Source: Haliotis rubra
Lineage: Eukaryota
Assembly: GCF_003918875.1 (NCBI RefSeq)
Contig: NW_025764891.1
Coordinates: forward strand, 434,001-498,000
DNA: 64,000 nt
Direction of reading: 5' to 3'
The notes below the pieces were generated by a model. That model made no database searches. It saw only the letters and a list, made by a program, of their open reading frames with translations, and was not told the DNA's origin. Of the stretch, positions 1 through 12,300 are shown in pieces (position 1 is the first letter of the stretch; each line of letters opens with the position of its first letter). The translations under genes were made by a program, and so were the position numbers.

Positions 1-86
1 TCTTAAACCGGACGGTATCCGTTCCAGAAAATAGGAAGATTGAGAAGTTAATGGCTTTGTTATTAGAATAGGGATATTGTTGTTTT

Positions 87-844
87 GGTGGTAGGACAAT
101 AGGTCCACAAGGACATAACACCCTCAGACAAAACACTCCTAGGCTAAATGCCCCCATGACAAAAAGCCCTCAATGAGTAGGACAAAAGGTCCTCAATGAC
201 GAGATGTAATAGAATACCAACAAATCTTTTTTTCATTCCCACGAGAATACAAGATAATATAACGTTAAATAGCATATGTAATAGCACATACTTCACAAAT
301 GTAAATCACCAAGCACATAATGCAGTTGTGCAGTTGATACTTGTACTACAGTTCTTACCAGTCTAATATTGTGTCCTATACCAGTCAACAGCGAATGCTG
401 TGAACACCGTCACCAATAGCCGACCGCTGGATTCCAAACTTTAAAGAAGGTAGCAGGAAATCAGCAATTTATTTAAATAATAATAGCGCTGACCATCTTA
501 ATAAACACCATGTTCATTGACATACCACAATGAGTACCTGGCCAACGAAATCAAACATAAGAGGAAGTGGCCAATTTAAGCCAGTTCTCTGAAACAACAT
601 TTAGCAGACTTCATTCCATTGTTACAATAACAACATCGTCACCGAGGAGCCTGTAACAACTATCAGCAGTGGGAGGAATTGCTTAGAAAACATCATGTTA
701 TCACGTGTCAACTCAAAATATACACCGAGGGTGTTTTATCCTATGGGTTGAAATTTGCAAGGGCTTTTTGTCCTGGGGGCATTTAGCCTAGGGTTTTTTT
801 GTCCGAGGGCTTTTTATCCCAGTGGGCTTATTGTCTGTCCACCG
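87..844. mobile_element. Non-autonomous DNA transposon (MITE) with ~90-bp imperfect TIRs made of GGACAAAA-GCCC subrepeats; MULE-like
   Basis: 87-170 (ggtggtaggacaataggtccac...cctaggctaaatgcccccatgacaaaaagccct) is the reverse complement of 760-844 (gggctttttgtcctgggggcatttagcctagg...ttgtctgtccacc). No clear TSD; the superfamily is inferred. Confidence 0.6.
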
Positions 845-1580
845 ATGCTTTGACGTTACAATCACTATAGAGGGATAGACAAGATTAACGAGTTTTAAAA
901 GTACATGTATATGATAAAAATCATTTGTTCTTCTTTTTCCCAAACAGAATTAGTTTTAGATCATGTTTAGAGCAAAGTTATTTTAACGGGTTGTTCGTTA
1001 AAGCTTCAAACACGAGTTCACCTTTCACGCGCGTTCAGTGTTAGCTGCAATATTGATTAATTACTTATTGCAAGTTATCACGTGGTATGATTGGCTACAT
1101 AGATTTGCAGCGTATACAAACCCAATGTATGTATATACTTTATATACTATATAAGTGAGTCCTTAATAATATAGAACTTGTATTTAATGTTATATGTATT
1201 CATAAATGTACCCAAAGATAGACATATGAAGAACATGATCCTTTCCTTTTCTTGCCTCCCAACTCAAAGTGTTTACAGCGTTTTAAGGGAGAGCTGTAAG
1301 TATGATCATGTGTAGAGCCTCCCTTTAGTTCGAAGTACGGGTGACTCGCTGTACTTCATCTGGTCCCTGGGAGTGAGCGGGGTTTGCCCTCTTGACCTCT
1401 CAACAGGCAGTGTAGCCACTGTAGACATGTTAGCCGCGTCGAGCCGGACAAGACGTCCAGGATGCTGACTGACTTATGAATGTCGACACCCTGTGTCAGC
1501 TCCGGTGTGGTATGTTTGTCCTACCGTGAAACGGCGATGAGTCACATCATGCTCTCTCCGCCATGTTGCAACCTTTTGTC

Positions 1581-2561
1581 TAGTCGGTCTCGCAGTCCCT
1601 GAACCACATTATTTTCTCTAATGCCCAGCCCTCCCTGCAATGTAGTCTGTCTCACAGTCCCTGAACCACATTATTTTCTCTAATGCCCAGCCCTCCCTGC
1701 AATGTAGTCTGTCTCACAGTCCCTGAACCACATTATTTTCTCTAATGCCCAGCCCTCCCTGCAATGTAGTCTGTCTCACAGTCCCTGAACCACATTATTT
1801 TCCCCTAATGCCCAGCCCTCCCTGCAATGTAGTCTGTCTCACAGTCCCTGAACCACATTATTTTCCCTAATGCCCAGCCCTCCCTGCAATGTAGTCTGTC
1901 TCACAGTCCCTGAACCGTATTATTTTCCCTACTGCCCAGCCCTCCCTGCAATGTAGTCTGTCTCACAGTCCCTGAACCGTATTATTTTCCCTACTGCCCA
2001 GCCCTCCCTGCAATGTAGTCTGTCTCACAGTCCCTGAACCGTATTATTTTCCCTACTGCCCAGCCCTCCCTGCAATGTAGTCTGTCTCACAGTCCCTGAA
2101 CCACATTATTTTCCCTACTGCCCAGCCTTCCCCGCAATGTAGTCTGTCTCACAGTCCCTGAACCGTATTATTTTCCCTACTGCCCAGCCCTCCCTGCAAT
2201 GTAGTCTGTCTCACAGTCCCTGAACCGTATTATTTGCCTTAATGCCCAGCCTTCCCTGCAATGTAGTCTGTCTCACAGCCCCTGAACCACACTATTTTCC
2301 CTACTGCCCAGCCCTCCCTGCAATGTAGTCTGTCTCACAGCCCCTGAACCACATTATTTTCCCTACTGCCTAGCCCGCCCTGCAAAGCTAAAGCCCTACA
2401 TCAGGGAGACTATATAACGTTGTAGATTATCCCTGCCTAACTGAAGCAAGTCTACACTCCAGAGGTTCAATCGCCCATCTCGCTGGGGCTCTTTTTCAAT
2501 TTGAATAGGTCTATTTGTTGACATCAATATTATATACATTCAGAGACTTACAGTCAGTCTT
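1581..2561 (+). mobile_element. TAGTCT-ended non-autonomous element (Academ/AcademH-like) whose 5' 62-bp unit is tandemly amplified ~13x (1581-2387)
   Basis: 62-bp period (tagtctgtctcacagtccctgaaccacattattttccctactgcccagccctccctgcaatg). The unique 3' part (…gaagcaagtc…atattcagagact…agtct) matches the single-unit copies at 17879-18080 and 20239-20445. Confidence 0.7.
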
Positions 2562-2597
2562 GTTTTGTCTCGACTCAATGTCTGTTTCACAATTCAT

Positions 2598-2770
2598 TAG
2601 ACTAACGCTTAGTGTATGAAAATAAATAATTTTGATAGAAACAATATTTCTGTTTGAATGTAAAAGGTGCCAAGCGAGAGTGTATACCTTGTATAACCTT
2701 GACTCGCTTCATTACGTTTTGCATACAGGGCTGAGTGGATTGGGAATGTCGGGGTTGGGAGTTTGTATTT
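2598..2770 (-). mobile_element. Older, inverted copy of the same TAGTCT-ended element
   Basis: tagactaacgcttagtgtatgaaaataaataattttgata... is the diverged reverse complement of the element's 3' end (…caaaattatatatattcagagactaagcgcgttagtct). Confidence 0.5.
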
Positions 2771-3594
2771 CAACCAACGTCACGTAAGCTGTCTATGACG
2801 TGACGACTCTTGTGTACAATGTTTGTTGTGAATACAAGATGAATGATCACATTCTCTTGTGTGTATGGATGCTTTTGTATATTCGCCCAGACACAGAGTC
2901 CCATGCACAATATATATATCGGGTGATATAAGATTTATCTATGCAAAGCACGCAATCCGAGACTGGATTTGTTGGGGGTTTTATACCGTGGCTGTCTTTG
3001 TGATCCGCCTAGTTTGTTTGTCAGAAAGTGAGATCCCATACGTGAGACTTACGGTAGCCGCAATGTGCAGTTAGTGCATGGCGGGTCTTTATTAGAAACA
3101 TAACACGTTGGGTGGTTGCAGTTACGACCTAGGTTTTAGTTAACAATACAGTTGTGGTTTCTACGAATTAAATACCTTAAGTACCTCCGCTACAGCTGGC
3201 CAAACGCTACAACATGAGTCCAGTAGGTTAGGCAGGAAGCAACGGTTGCTGGTTCGAATCTCAAGTTTACTTTATTGATTGCCTTGGTTTGTCAGGGCCA
3301 CACTTGTGAGCCTCGCCACAGTGGTGCAGTTAATGCGGGCCTTCCGCCTTGTTACGCCGATCCGGCGGGAGTTGCTCAAAGATGTGTAATGTTGTCTAAA
3401 GGGTGACGGCGCTCTTAGAGGTTGTCTTGCAGGTGACAACGCAGCTGCAGTTTTGAATCGTCACAGTAGGGAATTACTTGTGACTGTTTGTGTTGGGTGG
3501 AGATGGGCGTTGGGGGAGGGGCGATGTATTCTCGAATTATTCGGAGATGTATGACGCCAGGGCTGTGTCAGTCTTAGGTGTCATTTCCCTGAAA

Positions 3595-3918
3595 CGTGCT
3601 ACAATAAGACCGTGTAGACCAAGTGTTGTTGGACATACCACAACAACGTCCGCGTAGACTAAGTTTTACAAGGTTTTACATTCCGAAACAGGGATTGTGT
3701 AGGCTAGGTTTTACAAAATGTTACATACCAAAACAGTGACTGCGTAGGCTAGGTTTTACAAGGTTTTACATGCCGAAACAGGGGCTACCAACTCCATGTT
3801 TTATGACACTTTCCAAAATAAGGGCTGCCTAGTCCAAGTTCTAAGAGACATGTCACAATAATAGCTGCGTATCCCAAGTTGTACTAGACATACCACAATA
3901 AGGGCCACCTAGTCCAAG
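3595..3918. repeat. Degenerate ~40-bp minisatellite
   Basis: Recurrent unit resembling ...cgtaggctaggttttacaaggttttacatgccgaaacaggg. Confidence 0.6.
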
Positions 3919-3922
3919 TAAG

Positions 3923-4164
3923 TGAATGAGTTTAGTTTTACGCCGCACTCAGCAATATTCCAGCTATAAGGCGGCGGTCTGTAAATAATCAAGTCTGGAA
4001 CAGACAATCCAGTGATCAACAGCATGAGCATCGATCTGGGCTATTGGGAACCGATGACATGTGTCAACCAAGTCAGCGAGCCTGACCACCCGATCCCGTT
4101 AGTCGCCTCTTACGACAAGCATGGGTAACTGCAGATCAATGTTCTAACCCGGACCTTCACGGGT
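3923..4164 (-). mobile_element. SINE family B (headless, structured 5' end), full-length copy
   Basis: The reverse complement starts ACCCGTGAAGGTCCGGGTTAGAA, contains CCATGCTTGTCGTAAGAGGCGACTAA and ends GCTGGAATATTGCTGAGTGCGGCGTAAAACTAAACTC; TSD aagtaag. Confidence 0.85.
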
Positions 4165-4650
4165 AAGTAAGAGATATACCACAAGAAAGGATGAACAGGT
4201 TTAGTGATGACATTTTTCCGAATTGCTACTACACGGCCACCTTAAATATCAAAGTGGTAACTGTTGCACACATGCGTGCCAAGCTTGCACGTACTGTACT
4301 CTGCAAGGTTTAGGGTTCGTACATAGAACTGCACAAGTGTCCTAAGAATGTCAACACGGATGTTTCGCTCTAAGGATTGTGTACCTGTAGTAATGTTGAT
4401 TGTAGGAATGTAAAACATCCTGAAACACTAAATCCTAGAACATCCTAAATCCTTGCAACTGTTACCCTGCACTTCGTATTAGCAATCAAAGAAACCAAGT
4501 TTGATGGAAGAAACTACAATGGTACAGAATTACGCGCTATTTGCTTTATTTCAGCGAAATTAGTTATTGGTTCCTTTAAAACAGAAACACGTGCAAGAGT
4601 CAAATCTCTTTATATTGCTATAGTCAGTCCTGCACACGGAAACACATACA

Positions 4651-4830
4651 TCCCAATGCTTGTCGTAAGAGGCGATTATCGGATCGGGTGGTCAGGATCG
4701 CTGACTTGGTTGACACATGTCATCGTATACCAGTTGCGTAGATCGATGTCCATTCTGCTGATCACTGGATTTTCTGGTCCAGACGCGATTATTTACAAAC
4801 CGATGCGGTATACGTCGCACTCACCAATAA
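4651..4830 (+). mobile_element. SINE family B, 5'-truncated copy
   Basis: cccaatgcttgtcgtaagaggcga...tctggtccagacgcgattatttaca matches family B. Confidence 0.75.
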
Positions 4831-5050
4831 AAAGAAGTTGTTATCCATAAAGTTTGTTCTATATTGTACTTCCCAACTAAAATGCCACTCAAAGAAGCGA
4901 TGCGATATAACTGGAATATTACCGAACAACAGTCAGCCAATCAATCGTCGAAGACGTTCTATCACCCACACCTTGCCATGTACATTGACGCTCGTCCCTA
5001 TGTCCAACCTGGACCTCACTCTACACCACACTTACAACCTGACCCCCCAC

Positions 5051-5330
5051 CCTGACCTGTATCTTAACATTCACCCCTGCGCCCAACTAGCTCTTCACCA
5101 TACGTCCATCATGACATCAGCATTAACATTCATCACTCGTACGCCCAACCTGGTCTTTAACTTAAGCATCCGACCCTACATCAATCCTGACCTGTATCTT
5201 AACATTCACCCCTGCGTCCAGTTAGCTCTTCACCATACGTCCATCATGACATCAGCATTAACATTCATCACTCGTACGCCCAACCTGGTCTTTACCTTAA
5301 GCATCCGACCCTACATCAATCCTGACATGT
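5051..5330. repeat. Near-perfect 135-bp direct duplication within a longer C-rich degenerate repeat
   Basis: cctgacctgtatcttaacattcacccctgc... occurs at 5051 and 5186, with a third start near 5321. It accounts for the repetitive 209-aa ORF 4838-5467. Confidence 0.8.
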
Positions 5331-6140
5331 CATTAACATACAGCCCCGGCGTCCAACCTGACGCTCACCCTGGCGTCCACCTAAACGTCTACCTCTATGC
5401 CCAACCTGACGTCACTACGCCATCCTCCCGGCTCCAATGCGACTGCCGACCATCACACAAAGCCTAACTACATCTTTAGAGCTCCAGCAGCCACAACTAC
5501 TCAACAGTAATGACATACACGTTCCATCTGATACCAGGAACACGAACGGATACAGTAGCTGCCCAATGAAGATGCATCCGTGAAACGCACAACATGTCCT
5601 CAAATATATCTACATCTTAACTTCTCTTTCATGAGCCGTCACCAAATCTTCTCAACTACTCGCTCCGGACATCCACTACTAACCCGACACCACTAAAGTT
5701 TATAAGCCACTAGGGAAACTTCAGATCTAGGTCTATATACTAACGTTGAGGTATTGCATGACATTGTGTCAACCATCACAGGTGGAACGTGACGGAAGAT
5801 TAGCATAAGAAACAGAGACGAGTACCCTTTTCTTCAATAGAGGGTCTGGGGACGGCTATTAAATTTGGCGATTATATGAAGTTTTAAACGCTGGAAGTTG
5901 GGACCGGAGCATCCGAGCCCTTGGGCCCTTGAAATCATTCTCTTGTAGTTATTCCTGTTAGCTAGGACTTTTGTTTTAACTTGCTNNNNNNNNNNNNNNN
6001 NNNNNNNNNNNNNNNNNNNNNNNNNNNNNNNNNNNNNNNNNNNNNNNNNNNNNNNNNNNNNNNNNNNNNNNNNNNNNNNNNNNNNNNNNNNNNNNNNNNN
6101 NNNNNNNNNNNNNNNNNNNNNNNNNNNNNNNNNNNNNNNN

Positions 6141-6269
6141 CTGTCAGTAATATCATGGCGGTGGACACCAAAAATGGGCTTCACATATTGTGCCCATGTG
6201 GAGAATCGAGCCCGGGTTTTTTCGGCGTGACAAGCGAACGCTTTAACCACTAGGCTACCCCACCGTCCC
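6141..6269 (-). mobile_element. SINE family A (tRNA-derived, ~160 bp), cut by the gap
   Basis: Reverse complement gggacggtggggtagcctagtggttaaagcgttcgct... with A and B boxes. Confidence 0.8.
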
Positions 6270-6396
6270 TCCACACTGTGGATCTGGAGTTTTTCCTTCG
6301 CAATTGCCCAAACATACCTTCCTACAAAATCTATCAACGCAAACTGCATTTCATCTACAAAATAATTTTTCGTAATATTGTATGATTCTGTTGCAG

Positions 6397-9300
6397 GTGC
6401 CTTCCTCATTCCGTATTTCCTATGTGTCATCTTCGGGGGTATCCCGCTCTTCTACCTGGAGGTCGCCCTTGGTCAGTTCATGGGCGTCGGAGGTCTGAAG
6501 GCATGGAACGTTGTACCTCTGCTGCAAGGTAAGGGGTGATAACATAATGCATTTATCGGCACACGTTAACGGTTATCAGTTGGTTCAGTTGTGTAAGGCA
6601 CCGTAGGCCTCTGTATGAGAAAGAGATTCTTTATTTCCTCCAGAAATGAATCCGAAGATTATGGATATGTGAATTGAATCAAACATAAAACATGTTAGCA
6701 TTTACATACAGGACAATGTCATTTATGATTGACATTTGATATGTACAGAAATATTATCAAACATTCACTTGTGCACAGAGTGCCTGTATTAGAATACAAA
6801 CTCAAAATTTGGTTTCAAATGATACTATTAGACAAATGTCGCAAGTTTTATAATTACAACATGATATGTGTCCGCCAAGGGATCGTGTGAACTGTATATC
6901 TGCACCTTGGAGTGTTGACAGCTTTCCGTCGTCCTGCCGCCCCTCCAGACCGCCTCCGTGGTGTTGTGGTTAGAGCGTCCGCCCGGAGAGCGGAAGGTCG
7001 CGGGTCCGATCCCCGACAGCGTCATACCAAAAGACGTTAAAATATGATACTTGTTGTCCCTGCCTGGCGCTCGGCATTAATGGGTACAACAAGGACTGGT
7101 CGGCTCGGAGTCAGTATAATGTGTCTGAGTGGGGCATTCATGCTTCACTGCGGCATGGTATCTCAGTGAGCTAGCACTATAAAACCAGCTGAAGTCTGGG
7201 CTAGTACAAGCAGCCGCACATACCAATACACAGGCATGCACGTCGTCATATGAGCGAAATATTCTCAAGCACGACGTTAAACCCAATTTCACCTCACCTC
7301 ACCTCACCTGCCGCCCTTCCAGAATCCCCTGAACGATGGTTCGATTCCCACAAACCTGGGTGTCGTTGTACAAAACAACCTTAACGCTAACACTACCTTA
7401 AGTCTTTGTTACGGTCACCTTTGCGCAAAGATCGCTTTGTACACCGGCACCCTGATCAATATCCCTTGTTTACATACACGTCATCGTAGGTTTCACCAAA
7501 ATGGTAAAAAGGTTGGCTTTAGGCTTTCCTTTCCGTCATGATGAAACTGAAATAAAGTTTACTGTACCATTGCTGCCCAGATCTCTCCTTTATTTTTCGA
7601 AACATGAAACATTTATCAGGAATAGGTTGGAAACAAACTTCATTACATTTGAATGTACTTTACTCAGGTTTACAATGAATATTTTTATGATAAATAAACT
7701 ACGAGGCAGTATACATATATTAACTTTGCATCTACTCTATCATTTCTTTGTACATAACGTGTAGGATCCGGGTAAGAGTGGAGTCCACGCGATCTGTTTG
7801 ATGATTGAATGAACTGGATGGTCAGCACCGGTGACATGGACGAATGTGTAGCGTCGACGTCGGACGATGCTCAGGCTGTCAAAGTCACTGGCTTGAATCT
7901 ATTCTGGCTTATGTTAAGGACGCTGTCATGTCGCTGGCGACTTGCCAAGTGTTGTGTTAAACTTCAGGCAACCGCAATCCTTTTAATAAAAATATAATGC
8001 TCGTTCAATGACTCAGCAGAAATTCTAACAAAGAATGGAAACGTTGAAATGACTCAAAACCATCGCATATATTTGGCTTAATGTTTATTTCCACTAGACG
8101 ACTTTATTATTAGATTGTCAAGAGTTCCTGCGGCAGTCACGTACTCCATTGTTGTGCTTTGAATCGACCATGTAGACCCCGAAACATTTCCCAAGCAGGG
8201 GAAATGTTTCACTTTTCGAGCACAGCGCCTAAGATGTTGTCTTATGATCAGATAACAAAGACGTTTCAATATACATTGTTAAACTTTTCTAGGTGCTTTG
8301 TGATAATAAAGTTTCACATAGAAATTGTACGCCCTTATCAACAAGAGTTGTGTGTACATTTAGTGCGCAGTGTCCGTGACTAAGTCTGATAAATACAGAT
8401 TCATCACGTCTCTTACGACGGCATCTGTAATGTATCTAAAGGACCAGAGTTTGTCCATTAGTAATCCACGAGAACAACCCCCCATAACTGTTGCCATTTT
8501 ATGGAGACAGACTTCACAATCACATCTTCGAAATCCTTTTGGCATGGCCTGAATTCAGACTGATCAACCTTATTCTTCAGCAATCCTGACTTATCTGCTT
8601 GTTCAATACCTACCGGGGCGGTAGGGTAGCCTAGTGGTTAAAGCGTTCGCTCGTCACGCCGAAGACCCAGGTTCGATTCCCAACATGGGTACAATATGTG
8701 AAGCCCATTTCTGGTGTCCCTCGCCGTGATATTGCTGGAGTATTGCTAAAAGTGGCGTAAAACCCAACTCACTCACTCACTCATTACCCTACCAACCCAA
8801 ATGAGGTGAAACCCATAAAACATCACAAAAGATGTATTTATAAATTGGGTCCAGTTTTTAAAAGGCATTTAGATGTTAGATGAACATGAATACATGACAC
8901 GTTTTATGGATAACAAGTTCTTTTTCTATTCTTTACACGACGTTTCAGAGCTAATTCTTGCTCCTTCATCAGAAGTTGTTATCTATAAAAGGTGTCATGT
9001 ATTCAAATTGGGTCCAGTTTAGAAATTAATCATTTCTGGACCCATTTCGTGGCTTTGGTCTCCCTCTCGATATGCTTCGCTTGGTTTGCCTTGTTTTGAG
9101 ACGTGAAAGAATTTCTAGGGCGGGTAATTCTCTTTCAAAGAACCACGGCAATGGGCCAAGGGGTAAGTTGTTGGTTCACCATATCCCTGAAACATAAGAA
9201 TGATGGTTCCGGGGTATTTACCATAATGTAATGAAGATACTAGATTGGCTGGTTTTGTTGTTTTACGCCGCACTCAGCAATATTCCAGCTGTATGGCGGC

Positions 9301-12300
9301 GGTCTGTAAATAATCAAGTCTGGAGCAGACAATCCAGTGATCAACAGCATAAGCATCGATGTACGCATTTGGGATAGGATGACATGTGTCAACCAAGTCA
9401 GCGAGCCTGACCACCCGATCCCGTTAGTCGCCTCTTACGACAAGCATGGGTTACTGAAGATCAATTCTAACTCGGATCTTCGCGGGTTAGATTTTAGACA
9501 CCTGTAATGCAACACGATGGTATCTGGTACATTTTATGTGTGTTTATGTGGACAGGTATCGGTATGGCCACCGTCATCATCGTCTTCCTCCTCAACTGCT
9601 ACTACAACGTGATTCTGTGCTGGGCCTTCTACTACATGTTCTCGTCATTCACCACCACGTTGCCATGGGCAACCTGCAACCACGACTGGAACACCGAGAA
9701 CTGCTCCGAGAACTTCGTGACAGCAGCTATGACCGGCAACGGCACCAACTCAACCAACCCCGACAGCATCATCACCAACCTGACTGACCTTAACATCACT
9801 CGGTCTTTTGTAGACCCCGTGACGGAATACTGGGAGTGAGTAGTTATAGGAATTGAAAGTGGGTTTTTTGGTGTGTGTTTTCAGTGGTTTATTGATATAA
9901 CAGATTCACTCCGTGGTGGCTTATACTGTTAAACCACAGATGATTGATAAGCTACACGAGGTGCAGGTGATGTATATTGACATACGTGATACTGTTTATG
10001 ATACTGCATTATGAAGCAAAATAAGTGATGGAAATCGGATCAACGGCTCAAGAACACCGCTGTTCGTCTCAAAGTGTACAGTCTTGGCTTCCAAGAAAAC
10101 TACCCCGAAGGCAGTTATTATTACATGGCTGTTACGATTGCTTGTGTATCATGACTGTCTGCTATTGTATTAGTCATTGTATCTTAATTGTTAACTTACA
10201 TCGTAGCTTGACTGTCACGATTGTTTTTGTATCATGTTTTTGTATCAAGTATTGTTGAATCATGACTATTATGACTGTCATTTTATCTTGACTGTTAATA
10301 TTGTTTTTGCATCATGACTGCCTGCTATTGTATTATTTAATAATTAATTGTATATTGACTGTTACAAGTATTATTGACTCGTGACTATTATGACTGCTAT
10401 TGTATCTTGACTGTTATAAGTATTATTGACTCGTGTTTATTATAACTATCGTTGTATATTGACTGTTGCGAATGTTATTGTATCTTGACTGTTACGAGTA
10501 TTATTGACTCATGACTATTATAACTATCGTTGTATATTGACTGTTGCGACTGTTATTGTATCTTGACTGTTGCGAGTATTATTGACTCATGACTATTATA
10601 ACTATCGTTGTATATTGACTGTTGCGACTGTTATTGTATCTTCACTGTTGTAAGTATTATTGACTCATGACTATTATAACTATCGTTGTATATTGAATGT
10701 TGCGACTGTTATTGTATCTTGACTGTTACGAGTATTATTGACTCATGACACTTATGACAGCCATTGTATCTTGACTGTTACAAGTATTATTGAATCATGA
10801 TGCGATTGTCATTGTTCCGTGACTATTATAACTGTCGTTGTATCTTGACTGTTACGAGTATTATTGACTCATGACACTTATGGCAACCATTGTATCTTGA
10901 CTGTTACAAGTATTATTGAATCATGATGCGATTGTCATTGTTCCGTGACTATTATAACTGTCGTTGTATCTTGACTGTTACGAGTATTATTGACTCATGA
11001 CACTTATGGCAGCCATTGTATCTTGACTGTTACAAGTATTATTGACTCATGACACTTATGGCAGCCATTCTATCATGACTACGATACGATTGTCGATTGT
11101 TCCGTGACTATTATAACTGTCGTTGTATCTTGACTGTTACGAGTATTATTGACTCATGACACTTATGGCAGCCATTGTATCTTGACTGTTACAAGTATTA
11201 TTGACTCATGACTATTATGACTGTTACGATTGTCATTGTTCCGTGACTATTATAACTGCCGCTGTATCCTGCAGACATAAGGTTCTGGGAATCTCCGATG
11301 GATTGCACGACATGGGTGGCATCAAGTGGGATCTCTGCCTCTGCCTCATCTTCGCCTGGATCGTCGTCTACGCCTGCATATGCAAGGGCATCAAGTCATC
11401 GGGCAAGGTATATCTGTACTCTACACACTGATGAGTTATTATAATATCTCAAAGAAAAACGTAAATGTCATCATGTTTTAGTTTGGATTTAATATGATAA
11501 TACCCGGCCTCAAACCAGTAATTTCTTTGAAAACATATCGACTCATTTGTTCCACATGAATCCACATCCAATCGCGTTAGCTGCATGTCATAATGTCCAT
11601 CATGCCTAGATCGATGCTTCTGATTACCATCACTGGATAGTCTGATTGTCAGACTCGATTACTTACAGACCGCCAACATAAAGCTGGAATATTGCTGAAA
11701 GAAGCTAAAGTCCAGATAAAGTAGGCATGTGCGCAGGTCCAGAACCAGCTCTTAAGGGGCAAGAGGTTATCGCAAAGTGTCACTCCTATAGAAAGGTTGA
11801 ATTAAGCCGTTCAACCATTACGTTGACTGGTGAAGCGGCTGACAGTATATAATGGTGATATAAATCACATATGGACACCGTCATAATTCCACCTATATCC
11901 CGAACTCTAGACCATTAAATTAGGCCACGTTAGAATTCCACTTAAGCCCTGGCATACATGGGCCCTAGACCATTACATAGATGTGATGTACAGATGCATA
12001 AATTAGTACTGGTGCTAGAAAAGATGTCAGGATAGTTGACAGTTACGCATGAAGGTCAGATGTGTTCAGGTGTGTGGAACCTTGTAGATGACTCCAGGTC
12101 TCCGTGAACTCAGGAAGGTGAAACTCGCCAGACCGGTTGTTGTTTAACGGTTGAACGAACATATGCCCATACAGATATATTTTTCACGAGAGACTTGAAA
12201 GGTGAACATACATGACTGCAGAATGTTCTCAAAAACATGCATGAAAACTAAACAAGTGGATCTTAGTTCATATCTTGATGGCTTGTCAAAACAGGCACAC

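Noticed and set aside
1581-2387. Regularly spaced repeats resembling a CRISPR array
   Set aside because: Head-to-tail units with no unique spacers, in a eukaryotic context; it is a MITE-derived minisatellite.
4838-5467. 209-aa ORF
   Set aside because: Generated by a C-rich 135-bp duplication; no domain and no splice context linking it to either gene.
5834-6430. ORFs spanning N-runs (also 19749-20087)
   Set aside because: Artefacts of assembly gaps.
8615-8690. tRNA-like sequences at SINE A and C heads as tRNA genes
   Set aside because: No proper acceptor stem, fused to SINE bodies, flanked by TSDs.
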